Made by a program: the position numbers and the translations under genes. Below the pieces are notes generated by a model. That model saw only the letters and a program-made list of their open reading frames with translations. It was not told the DNA's origin and ran no database searches. Shown here piece by piece: positions 1-8,278 of a stretch of DNA of 64,000 nucleotides; position 1 is the first letter of the stretch; the number at the start of each line of letters is the position of its first letter. Origin of the DNA: Actinomycetota bacterium (GTDB taxonomy: Bacteria > Actinomycetota > Thermoleophilia > Miltoncostaeales > Miltoncostaeaceae). The stretch is from assembly GCA_016870155.1 (NCBI GenBank), contig VGCE01000003.1:54055-118054 (forward strand), given 5' to 3'.

Positions 1-2
1 CG

Positions 3-1598
3 GTGCTGGTGCCCTTCCTGCGCCCGGGACTTGATTGGCTGGCCAACACCTTGGGCGGCTTCAGCCTGTTCGGCTGGCAGATATTCGTGGGCCCCGTTAG
101 CTCTGGCTCGTTCCTGGTATCCGGTCTCGTTTTGGGCATCATGATCCTGCCGATCATCACGGCGATCACCCGCGAGGTCCTTCTCACCGTGCCGCGCGAC
201 CAGCAGGAGGCGGCGTATGCGCTGGGAGCCACCCGCTGGGAGATGGTGAAGCACTCGATGCTTCCGTGGGCGCGATCGGGCATCGTGGGCGCGTCGGCCC
301 TCGGGCTTGGGCGCGCCGTGGGCGAGACCATCGCCATCGCCATGCTGCTCGGCAACTCGCCGGTGATCTTCGGATCGCTCCTCGGCCCGGGGGCCACGAT
401 GGCCTCGGTCATCGCCCTGCAGACGGGCGAGGCATCGGGGCTGCAGCTGTCCGCCCTTACCGCCCTCGCAGTGGTGCTTTTCCTCATCGCCTTCGCCATC
501 AATGCCATCGCGCGCATCCTGGTGCGCCGCGGCGAGAGGCCGGGCATGGGCGGCGCGGGCGGCGTGTGGTCGTCCCTGGCCCTGTGGCACCGCCCGGCCA
601 TGTCCGATGACGAGGCCCCCGCAGAGCCGACCGGTGCCGCTGCACCGCCCGCGCCGGTGGCATCCACTCCTGCGCCGCCCGCCGCCCCCACGCCAGGCCG
701 CCGGGAGCCCCTGCCGATCTCGGGCCCGAACGCCGTATCGCGCAAGCGGCGCGTGAAGTCGGGGACGGCTGAAGGGCTCATCTGGTTCAGCCTGGGAGTC
801 GGGATCATCCCCCTCGTGCTCATCATGTGGGAGATGCTCTACAAGGGCTTTCCGGCGATATCGGGCGCGTTCTTCACCACGCTCCCGCCGCTCGACCCCA
901 ACAGCTACGGAGGCGGCATCTCCAACGCCCTCGTGGGGACCCTCATCCTCATGGCCATCGCGACGATCATCGCCGCCCCGCTCGGCGTGCTCACGGCCCT
1001 GTTCATATCGGACGTGGCGAAGAAGACCGGCTGGCAGAAGCGATTGGCCGACGGCATCGGGTTCTTCGTCGACGTGCTCCTCGGCGTGCCCTCGATCGTG
1101 GTCGGACTCATCGTGTACCTGGGCATCGTGGTCATCCAGCAGCACTTCTCGGCGCTCGCAGGTGGAATCGCCCTGGCGATCATCATGTTCCCCATCGTCG
1201 TGCGCTCCGCAGATGAGATGCTGCGGCTCGTGCCGGTCGCGCAGAAGGAGGCCGCATCCGCGCTCGGGGCGCCCAAGTGGCGCGTGACGTGGTCGGTGGT
1301 GCTGCCCGCGGCCGGTCCGGGAATCATGACGGGCATACTGCTGGGCCTCGCCCGCGCCAGCGGCGAGACCGCCCCGCTGCTCTTCACGTCGCTGGGAAAC
1401 CAGTTCTTCTCGACGAGCATCACAGAGCCGATCGCATCGATCCCGCAACTGATCTACCAGAACACCATCCAGGTCCAGACGCCTGCGTCACTTCAGCTCG
1501 CGTGGGGTGCGGCACTCGTGCTGGTGGCGATTATCCTTATCCTCAACCTGGTCGCCGCCCTGCTGGCGCGACGCACCCGCCCGTTGGAGGGACGATGA
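3..1598 (+). CDS. pstCA: Phosphate ABC transporter permease: PstC (C-terminal part, 5' end outside window) fused in one open frame to PstA
   Basis: PstC-type EAA loop region ([27 protein letters not shown]) is followed without a stop by a Pro/Ala-rich linker and a complete PstA-like permease ([33 protein letters not shown]). The stop overlaps the pstB start (ATGA). Confidence 0.85.
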   Translation: MLVPFLRPGLDWLANTLGGFSLFGWQIFVGPVSSGSFLVSGLVLGIMILPIITAITREVLLTVPRDQQEAAYALGATRWEMVKHSMLPWARSGIVGASALGLGRAVGETIAIAMLLGNSPVIFGSLLGPGATMASVIALQTGEASGLQLSALTALAVVLFLIAFAINAIARILVRRGERPGMGGAGGVWSSLALWHRPAMSDDEAPAEPTGAAAPPAPVASTPAPPAAPTPGRREPLPISGPNAVSRKRRVKSGTAEGLIWFSLGVGIIPLVLIMWEMLYKGFPAISGAFFTTLPPLDPNSYGGGISNALVGTLILMAIATIIAAPLGVLTALFISDVAKKTGWQKRLADGIGFFVDVLLGVPSIVVGLIVYLGIVVIQQHFSALAGGIALAIIMFPIVVRSADEMLRLVPVAQKEAASALGAPKWRVTWSVVLPAAGPGIMTGILLGLARASGETAPLLFTSLGNQFFSTSITEPIASIPQLIYQNTIQVQTPASLQLAWGAALVLVAIILILNLVAALLARRTRPLEGR

Positions 1599-2521
1599 AC
1601 GATGACGCCACGGCGACCACCGAGCACGACTCGCCAGGCCGGACGGCCGGTGGGGTACCGTCGCAGCCGATGGTGGATGAACAGGTCAATATCGCGCGCG
1701 TCGAGGTGACGGATGCTGCGGTCGCCGTGGCGGCGACCACCGGGCCGCTGCCGATGTTCACGCGTGACCTCTCGGCCTACTTCGGATCGCACAAGGCCGT
1801 CGAGGACATCACCCTCGACTTCCCCCGAAACACCGTGACCGCCCTCATCGGGCCTTCGGGCTGCGGCAAGTCCACGTACATCCGCTGCCTCAACCGCATG
1901 CACGAGATGGTGCCGAACGCCCGGTGCACCGGTGAGGTGATGCTGCGGGACATCGACATCTACGGCCGCGACGCCGATCCCGTGGCCGTGCGCCGCGCGG
2001 TGGGCATGGTGTTCCAGCGCCCGAACCCGTTCCCGACGAAGTCGATCCGCGACAACATCCTGGCGGGCCCCCGGTTCACCGGGACCAGGCTCAACAAGAG
2101 CGAGAAGGATGACCTCGTGGAGGCCACGCTGCGGGGCGCCGGCCTCTGGGATGAGGTGAAGAACCGCCTCCCGGCGCACGCCGGCGGGCTCTCCGGCGGG
2201 CAGCAGCAGCGGCTGTGCATCGCGCGCGCCCTCGCCGAGGAGCCCGATGTGCTGCTCATGGACGAGCCCTGCTCGGCGCTCGACCCGCAGAGCACGCTGC
2301 GCATCGAGGACCTGATCCGCGAGATCAAGGCCCGCGTCACCATCGTGATCGTCACCCACAACATGCAGCAAGCGGCGCGCGTGTCCGACTACACGGGCTT
2401 CATCACCATCGAGAACGAGGGTGACCCCGGCCGCCTCATCGAGACCGGCCCGACCAAGGACGTCTTCGGGAACCCGCAGAATGAGCGCACCGAGGCGTAC
2501 GTGTCAGGCCGCTTCGGCTGA
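1595..2521 (+). CDS. pstB: Phosphate import ATP-binding protein PstB
   Basis: Walker [13 protein letters not shown] signature LSGGQQQRL and a PstB-typical CLNRMHE motif. ATGA overlap with the upstream permease. The start could be an internal Met, since the N-terminal ~45 aa are unusual. Confidence 0.93.
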   Translation: MNDDATATTEHDSPGRTAGGVPSQPMVDEQVNIARVEVTDAAVAVAATTGPLPMFTRDLSAYFGSHKAVEDITLDFPRNTVTALIGPSGCGKSTYIRCLNRMHEMVPNARCTGEVMLRDIDIYGRDADPVAVRRAVGMVFQRPNPFPTKSIRDNILAGPRFTGTRLNKSEKDDLVEATLRGAGLWDEVKNRLPAHAGGLSGGQQQRLCIARALAEEPDVLLMDEPCSALDPQSTLRIEDLIREIKARVTIVIVTHNMQQAARVSDYTGFITIENEGDPGRLIETGPTKDVFGNPQNERTEAYVSGRFG

Positions 2522-2558
2522 TGCCGCGCCGCCTGGGCGCCGCGTGCGATCCGGTCTC

Positions 2559-3614
2559 CTAGGTCTCGAGCGACTCCTCTTCCTCCTCGGCCTCGCGGCG
2601 CAGCTGCCTGAAGCTGACGCCCTCGAAGAGCAGGAAGACGAAGCCGATCACCACGCCCACCACCATCTCGGTGGCCTGGAGCACGATCGAGAAGGCCAGG
2701 GCGTCGGCGGCGCTCACCCCATATGTCGCCGTGAGGGGCACCACGGCGGCGGCCTGGAACACCACCAGGTTGCCGGGCAGGATCGGGAACGACTGGGCGA
2801 GGGTGATGGTGACCAGCAGCAGTCCGGCACCGCCCCAGCCCACGTAGCCCAGGCCGAACGCGCCGAGGGTGGCGTAGATGCCCGCCCACTGCGCGAGCCA
2901 GGTGCCGAAGCTGGGGATGGCCACGCGCATCATCTGCTGCGGGTCGCGCAGGCTCGCGTGGCTCTCGTGCACGGCGCCCCAGAGGCGCTGGAAGGCACGG
3001 GTCACGCGCCGCCAGATCGACCCGGTGGACAGCCACGGCGGCACCTGGCGGTTGGGGTTCTGCAGCAGGGCCACCACCACGATGACCAGGCAGATCACCC
3101 CGAGCACCGCCGTGATCATCCACGCGTACGACGGCAGCGGCAGGAAGAGGCCGATGAGGATCACCAGCACCACCCACGCGATCGTGGTGACGATGTTCTC
3201 CACCACCACGGTGCCGAGCAGCACGGTGGTGGATACGTCCTCGCCGCGCTTGGCCAGGCGGCGACGGGCAAGCACCACCTTGGCGATCTCGCCCACGCGC
3301 GCCGCGAGAATGGTGTTGAACAGGAAGCCCACCATCAGCGGGCTCAGCAGATCGAGGTAGCGCGTCTTCTTCCTGAGGCCCGGCAGGCCGTCGACCACGC
3401 CCTTCCACGCCATGCCCTTGAGCAGCACCGACACGAAGTTGGCGAGCACCGCGATGACGAGCAGCCAGATGCTGTCCACCCGGAAGGCCGCCACCACGGC
3501 GCCCCAGTCGACGCGCCATACGAGCAGGATCACCACGATTGCGATGACGGCGATGCGTACGGCGTGCCAGGCCCACTTGGGGATCGCCCGGCGCTTCGCG
3601 GTCTCCTCGCTCAT
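2559..3614 (-). CDS. Flippase-like / lysylphosphatidylglycerol-synthase TM-region family (UPF0104) membrane protein
   Basis: Polytopic membrane protein with a family-typical N-terminus (WRVDWGAVVAAF, ARVGEIAKVVLARR). 4-nt overlap with the upstream deacetylase gene. Confidence 0.75.
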   Translation of the reverse strand: MSEETAKRRAIPKWAWHAVRIAVIAIVVILLVWRVDWGAVVAAFRVDSIWLLVIAVLANFVSVLLKGMAWKGVVDGLPGLRKKTRYLDLLSPLMVGFLFNTILAARVGEIAKVVLARRRLAKRGEDVSTTVLLGTVVVENIVTTIAWVVLVILIGLFLPLPSYAWMITAVLGVICLVIVVVALLQNPNRQVPPWLSTGSIWRRVTRAFQRLWGAVHESHASLRDPQQMMRVAIPSFGTWLAQWAGIYATLGAFGLGYVGWGGAGLLLVTITLAQSFPILPGNLVVFQAAAVVPLTATYGVSAADALAFSIVLQATEMVVGVVIGFVFLLFEGVSFRQLRREAEEEEESLET

Positions 3615-4402
3615 GCCACCAGCTCATCGAGCGTGACGAGCTCGAGTCCCTTCTCGCGCGCGGCCGCGCAGATGTCGGGGATTGCCGCCGCCGTGTGGGT
3701 CCTCGGGCGGTCGGGATCCCAGCCGTCGGCGTCGTGCAGCAGCAGGATGCAGCCCGGGGCGAGCGCCCGGGCCGACCGCTGGGCCACCACGTGGGGGCCG
3801 GGGTCGGCCGAGTCGAACACGCCCGTGGTCCAGCCCGCCATGCGGTAGCCGGCCGATCGCACGGCCGCCCACGTGGCCGGGCCGCGGAACCCGTGCGGCG
3901 CGCGGAACACGTGCGTGAGCACGTCGGGGCCGGCGGCATCGGCCACGGCATCCTTGGTGCGGGCGAGCTGGTCGCGCACGTGACCCGGCCCCCGCATCAC
4001 CAGGATTCCGTGGTCGTACCCGTGGCTTGCCACCTGATGGCCCTCGTCATGCATGCGGCGAACCAGCTCGGGGTGGCGCCGCGCCTGGCGGCCCAGCACG
4101 AAGAAGGTGGCGCGCACGCCCTCGTCGGCCAGGGCGTCGAGGACCGCCGGGGTGGACGGGCCAGGGCCGTCGTCGAACGTGAGGGCGGCGCGCGGGCGAC
4201 CCGAGGGGCCCCGGCTCACCACGGGGCCGAATACCGGGGACGCGGGGCGGAAGGCCCCCCAGGCGCCCAGCGCGCCCGCGCCGAGGATCCCCGCCGCGAG
4301 CACGGGCTTCCGGGGCCGCGCGAGCGCGGCGGCCGCCAGGAGGGCCAGCTCGATGGCGACGACGCGGCGGATGGTCCGGTTCTTGGTCATCGGCTGGGTC
4401 AT
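3611..4402 (-). CDS. Polysaccharide deacetylase (NodB homology domain), membrane anchored
   Basis: ALTFDDGPGPST ... HGYDH motifs and an N-terminal basic-plus-hydrophobic anchor. The start is uncertain. The ORF is open to 4456, but Met at 4402 gives a typical anchor. Confidence 0.82.
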   Translation of the reverse strand: MTQPMTKNRTIRRVVAIELALLAAAALARPRKPVLAAGILGAGALGAWGAFRPASPVFGPVVSRGPSGRPRAALTFDDGPGPSTPAVLDALADEGVRATFFVLGRQARRHPELVRRMHDEGHQVASHGYDHGILVMRGPGHVRDQLARTKDAVADAAGPDVLTHVFRAPHGFRGPATWAAVRSAGYRMAGWTTGVFDSADPGPHVVAQRSARALAPGCILLLHDADGWDPDRPRTHTAAAIPDICAAAREKGLELVTLDELVA

Positions 4403-4435
4403 CGGCACTCGCGCGCGAGGGTAGCAAGGGGGCGC

Positions 4436-4499
4436 GTGGCACCCGACCGGTGGCACCCGGCCGATGAGAGTGCCAGAGCCTTGGGGACGGGTCTATACT
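4436..4499. promoter_or_regulatory. Divergent promoter region with repeated TGGCAC / GTGCCA elements and a TATACT -10-like hexamer for the FmdB-family gene
   Basis: GTGGCACCCG occurs at 4436-4445 and 4450-4459, with the inverted partner GTGCCA at 4470-4475. TATACT is at 4494-4499, and AGGAG (4518-4522) lies 5 nt before the GTG start at 4528. Confidence 0.4.
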
Positions 4500-4527
4500 C
4501 GATCCGCGCCCCGTCTCAGGAGTACAC

Positions 4528-4842
4528 GTGCCGGTCTACGACTATCGCTGCGAGAAGGGCCATCGCTTCGAGGCCATCCAGAGCATGTCCGACGAGCCCC
4601 TCGCCAGGTGCGAGGAGTGTGGAGCGCCCGCGCAGCGCGTGCTTCATGCGCCGGCAATCCACTTCAAGGGCAAGGGCTTCCACAACACCGACTACGGAAC
4701 CAAGAGCCGGCCGAAGGAGCCCGCCGCGGCGCCATCGGGTGGCAACGCCGCGGGTGGGGACTCAGGTGGCAGCACTTCGGGCGGGTCGTCCGAAGGCGCC
4801 GGCAAGAGCACTGGCAAGACCGTGGGGCTCGACAGCATCTAA
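4528..4842 (+). CDS. FmdB-family zinc-ribbon putative regulatory protein
   Basis: MPVYDYRCEKGHRFE...CEECG motif (CxxC...CxxC zinc ribbon) with a Gly/Ser-rich tail. GTG start preceded by an AGGAG SD. Confidence 0.85.
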   Translation: MPVYDYRCEKGHRFEAIQSMSDEPLARCEECGAPAQRVLHAPAIHFKGKGFHNTDYGTKSRPKEPAAAPSGGNAAGGDSGGSTSGGSSEGAGKSTGKTVGLDSI

Positions 4843-5928
4843 CTAGCGGCCGACGAACTCGGCGACCTGTTGCTCGTCGAGGTCGGGTTCGCCAACCACG
4901 TAGGAGATGCCGTTCACTGTGCGCGGGATGCCCGCGAGCACGACGCGATCCCTCGGGTCCGAGCGCAGGCGCCACTGCAGCCACCCCAGCTTCATGAGGT
5001 CGGACGTGCCCATGTCGGTTCCGATCGATCGGATCGCCGCCGCGCCGTTCCAGGGCGCGACGGGGATGGAGGTGAGGGACGCCATCTTCGCCTTCAGGCC
5101 GGTCACGAACGCCTGCTGGCGTGCGGCGCGCTTGATGTCGCCATCGCACTTGCGCACGCGCACGTACTGCAGTGCGCGCTCGCCATCGAGCTCGATCTGC
5201 CCGCGCGGGAACGACACGGTGAGGCCGCCCGAGTAGGGGCAGTCCCGCACCGGCGTGGGATTGTTGACGGTGACCCCGCCCATCTCGTCGACCATGCGCT
5301 TCACGCCGTTGAATCGCACCACGATGATGTGGTGGATCGGCAGCCCGGTGAGGTCGCGCACGGCGTTGATGATCCCGCGCTGGCCGCCCAGATACATCGC
5401 GGCGTTGATCTTCTCGGTCCCGGCACCGGGCAGCTCCACGCGGAAGTCGCGCGGTATCGACAGCCACTTCACCTTGCCCGCGCCCGGGTCGGTGCGCATG
5501 ATCATGATGGTGTCGGCACGGGCGCGCGACTCGCCGCCGCGGGCGTCCCATCCCACAACCAAGGTGTTCTGGGGCGATGACAGCAGCGGGCCGGCAGGTG
5601 ACAGCGCCGCGCGGGCGCTGGGGGGCACGCGGCCGTTGGCCGTGGATACGGCCCCGTTGACCGTCATGAAGCCCAGCACGCCCCACGTGATGACGCCGAT
5701 CACCAGCAGCGTGCCCACGCGCCACGCCCAGCCCCACGCGCCGATGCCGCGCAGCGACCACCAGCGGCGCGTGGGCTGCGGGGCCCAGGGGTCGATGTCG
5801 GGCTTCGGCTCGTGGCGCTCTGCGGCGCCGGCCCCCTCGGTCAGCTGCTGCAGGCCCTCGAGGCCCTCAGCCGACTTCGCGGATCCGCGCGCCTTGAAGC
5901 GGCGATATGGCTTGCCCTGGGGCGGCAT
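4843..5928 (-). CDS. LytR-CpsA-Psr (LCP) family cell-envelope phosphotransferase
   Basis: An N-terminal TM segment is followed by ADTIMIMRTDP...LSIPRDF...INAAMYLGG...RVRK..GDIKRAARQQ motifs. The start is taken at MPPQGKPYRRF (ATG 5928). The upstream part of the 686-aa ORF overlaps glk antisense. Confidence 0.88.
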   Translation of the reverse strand: MPPQGKPYRRFKARGSAKSAEGLEGLQQLTEGAGAAERHEPKPDIDPWAPQPTRRWWSLRGIGAWGWAWRVGTLLVIGVITWGVLGFMTVNGAVSTANGRVPPSARAALSPAGPLLSSPQNTLVVGWDARGGESRARADTIMIMRTDPGAGKVKWLSIPRDFRVELPGAGTEKINAAMYLGGQRGIINAVRDLTGLPIHHIIVVRFNGVKRMVDEMGGVTVNNPTPVRDCPYSGGLTVSFPRGQIELDGERALQYVRVRKCDGDIKRAARQQAFVTGLKAKMASLTSIPVAPWNGAAAIRSIGTDMGTSDLMKLGWLQWRLRSDPRDRVVLAGIPRTVNGISYVVGEPDLDEQQVAEFVGR

Positions 5929-5979
5929 CGGCTGGCGATGGTACCGTCGCCCACGGGTGTTCCGGCGAGCGGGGGGTAT

Positions 5980-6921
5980 ATGAGCGTCATCGGCGTGGAT
6001 GTCGGTGGCACCAAGATCGCCGCGGGGCGCCTCGACCCCGCGCGCGCGGTCACCGATTCCATCGTCATCCCCACTCCCGATGGGGGAATGGCCATCATCG
6101 ACGCCATTGCCGGCCTGGTGGCCGACCTCTCGGCGGGGTCGCCCGACGAGGTGCGCGCCGTGGGCGTGGGCCTGCCCGCCACGATTGATGCCATCACCGG
6201 GCGGGTGGCCCACTCGGTGCACACCGGAATGGTTGACTTCGACGCGGCCGGGGCACTCGAGGCCGCCGTGGGGCTGCCGGTTTTCCTCGGCAACGACGCC
6301 AACCTCGCGGCGCTGGCCGAGCACCGCCTCGGCGCTGGCCGCGGGCACGCACACGTGGTGCTGCTCACCGTGGGCACGGGCATCGGCGGCGGGCTCATCA
6401 TCGATGACCAGGTATTCCGCGGCGGGCGCGGTCATGGCGCCGAGCTGGGGCATGTCTCGGTGGACGGCAACGGGCCCCCGTGCCAGGGCGGATGCCCCAA
6501 CCGGGGCTGCATCGAGACCATGTGCAGCGGCACCGCGCTGGCGCGTGCGTTCCGGGCCCTCGCCGCGGACAACCCCGATACCGCGCTCGGGCGTCTGCAC
6601 GCCGCAGGCGATCTCGACAGCCGGTCGGGCCTCGCGTTGGCGCAGCAGGGCGATCCCGAGGCGCTGGCGATCGTCACCACGGCGGGGGAGTGGCTGGGGG
6701 TGGCCGTGACGTCGCTGGCCAACACGTTCGACCCCGACATCATCCTCATCGGGGGTGGGCTGTCGGCCGCGGGCGAGCTGCTGCTCGGGCCCGCGCGCGA
6801 CATCTACCAGCAACGTGCCCTGCCGCCCACGCGCCGGGCGCCGCTGCAGGTGGCGGCCCTCGGGCCCGATGCCGGGATGGTGGGGGCCGGGGTGATGGCG
6901 CACGAGGGCATGGGCGCATGA
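5980..6921 (+). CDS. ROK-family sugar kinase (glucokinase-like)
   Basis: IGVDVGGTKIAAG, LGNDANLAALAE and GTGIGGG motifs, plus the ROK Cys/His cluster GHVSVDGNGPPCQGGCPNRGCIE. Confidence 0.85.
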   Translation: MSVIGVDVGGTKIAAGRLDPARAVTDSIVIPTPDGGMAIIDAIAGLVADLSAGSPDEVRAVGVGLPATIDAITGRVAHSVHTGMVDFDAAGALEAAVGLPVFLGNDANLAALAEHRLGAGRGHAHVVLLTVGTGIGGGLIIDDQVFRGGRGHGAELGHVSVDGNGPPCQGGCPNRGCIETMCSGTALARAFRALAADNPDTALGRLHAAGDLDSRSGLALAQQGDPEALAIVTTAGEWLGVAVTSLANTFDPDIILIGGGLSAAGELLLGPARDIYQQRALPPTRRAPLQVAALGPDAGMVGAGVMAHEGMGA

Positions 6922-7760
6922 GCGGCGCCCTCGTGGTTGTGGCCACGCCCATCGGCACGCTTGAGGACCTCTCGCCGCGCGCCGCCAGGGCGCTGCGGGA
7001 CGCCGACGTGGTGGCCTGCGAGGACACCCGGCGCACCGCCGTGTTGCTGCGACACGCCGGATCCGGGGCCCCCATGGTGCCGGCGCACGAGCACAACGAG
7101 GCCCGCCGCGCCGCCGACCTCGCCCGCCGCATGGCCGACGGGGCCACCGTCGTGCTGGTCAGCGACGCCGGCATGCCCGGCGTGAGCGACCCGGGCGCGC
7201 GCGTGGTGGCGGCTGCGGTGGAGGCCGGCGTGCCGGTCACGGTCATCCCGGGCGCGGGAGCCGTTGAGACGGCCCTCGTGGCATCGGGGCTGGCATTGGG
7301 CGCCGGCTACGCCTTCGCGGGCTTTGCGCCGCGCAAGGCGGCCGAGCTGCGGGCGTTCGTGGAGCGCCTCGATTCGTGGGGCGAGCCCGTGGTGGTGTTC
7401 GAGGGGCCCCGGCGCGTGGGCGCGCTGCTGGCGGCCATCGCCGAGCACGATCCCGATCGCCCCGTCGCCGTGTGCCGGGAGCTCACCAAGGTGCACGAGG
7501 AGGTGCTTCGCGGCACCGCTGCCGACCTTGCCGCGCGCATCACCGCCCCGCTCAAGGGCGAGGTTGCCGTGGTGGTGGGCCCGCCCGCCGCCCCGCCGGC
7601 GCCCGACGAGCACGTCCTGGCAGAGCACATGGTGCCCATGCTCGATGCCGGCATGAGCCCGGCCCGCGCTGCGGACGTGGTGGCGGCGCTTGGCGCCGCC
7701 CCCCGAAACGTCGCCTACCGCGCGGCGCTTGCCGCCGCGGCGATGCGCGACTCGGCGTAG
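6918..7760 (+). CDS. rsmI: 16S rRNA (cytidine1402-2'-O)-methyltransferase RsmI
   Basis: LVVVATPIGTLEDLSPRA...ACEDTRRT...VSDAGMPGVSDPG...CRELTKVHEE motifs. ATGA overlap with the upstream kinase. Confidence 0.9.
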   Translation: MSGALVVVATPIGTLEDLSPRAARALRDADVVACEDTRRTAVLLRHAGSGAPMVPAHEHNEARRAADLARRMADGATVVLVSDAGMPGVSDPGARVVAAAVEAGVPVTVIPGAGAVETALVASGLALGAGYAFAGFAPRKAAELRAFVERLDSWGEPVVVFEGPRRVGALLAAIAEHDPDRPVAVCRELTKVHEEVLRGTAADLAARITAPLKGEVAVVVGPPAAPPAPDEHVLAEHMVPMLDAGMSPARAADVVAALGAAPRNVAYRAALAAAAMRDSA

Positions 7761-8236
7761 GCCAGCGCCGCCGCGCGGGCCGAGGGGTCATGCGGCAGCG
7801 CGGCCTCAGCCCGTGCGCGGCGGGCGTCGTCACCCGATACCACCGCCCGGGCGAGTGCCTCGCCGTCGGGGAGGATGCTGAGCGTCCTTGCGGGGTGACT
7901 GTCACCGGCGGTGACTGTCACCGTTTCCAAGTGCCCCGGGCCGCTCAGCAGGCCTCCTGGTCCACGCACCGTGAGACCTCCCGACAGGTCGATGGGCACG
8001 CCGTTGATCGCGCCCTGCGATCGCATCGAGCGCCAGCCACCGCCCTCGGCCACGGCGGGAGGCGGCAGGCCCAGGGCGCGCGCTGCGCGCGCGGCGTCCT
8101 GCTCCCGCACCTCGAGGTCCACGTCGTGCGGGCGCACTGCCCCGCCGCGCACCAGGCGCGCCGCACTGCCTGCGAGCAGCCACGGCACGCCCGCCTCGTG
8201 CAGGCGCAGCGCCACGGCGTGCACCACAGCCAGCAC
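7715..8236 (-). CDS. Nucleotidyltransferase-fold protein (ANT(2'')-like small NTase)
   Basis: HAVALRLHEAGVPWLLAGSAARLVRGGAVRPHDVDLEV resembles the ANT(2'')-Ia N-terminal G[GS]-x-D-x-D region. GTG start at 8236. The 3' end overlaps the rsmI 3' end convergently. Only the 3' 173 codons of the 680-aa antisense ORF are considered real. Confidence 0.5.
   Translation of the reverse strand: MLAVVHAVALRLHEAGVPWLLAGSAARLVRGGAVRPHDVDLEVREQDAARAARALGLPPPAVAEGGGWRSMRSQGAINGVPIDLSGGLTVRGPGGLLSGPGHLETVTVTAGDSHPARTLSILPDGEALARAVVSGDDARRARAEAALPHDPSARAAALAYAESRIAAAASAAR
7894..7922. repeat. Pair of 13-bp perfect dyads GGTGACTGTCACC (starts 16 nt apart)
   Basis: Copies at 7894-7906 and 7910-7922. The same 13-mer family occurs at 24022-24057 and 24340-24375. 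Confidence 0.9.
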
Positions 8237-8278
8237 CCGAGCGGGGGGTGGGGGTGCCGTCGCTATGCTGCCTCCTCC

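Noticed and set aside
5812-5979. N-terminal extensions of the ROK kinase (5812), rsmI (6480), metG (7376), pstB (1277), the TPP enzyme (25325) and the GT4 gene (60820), as given by the ORF track.
   Set aside because: The family-conserved N-termini begin at internal ATG/GTG codons that also give ATGA/GTGA coupling or an SD. The extensions overlap upstream genes and have no homology-like features.
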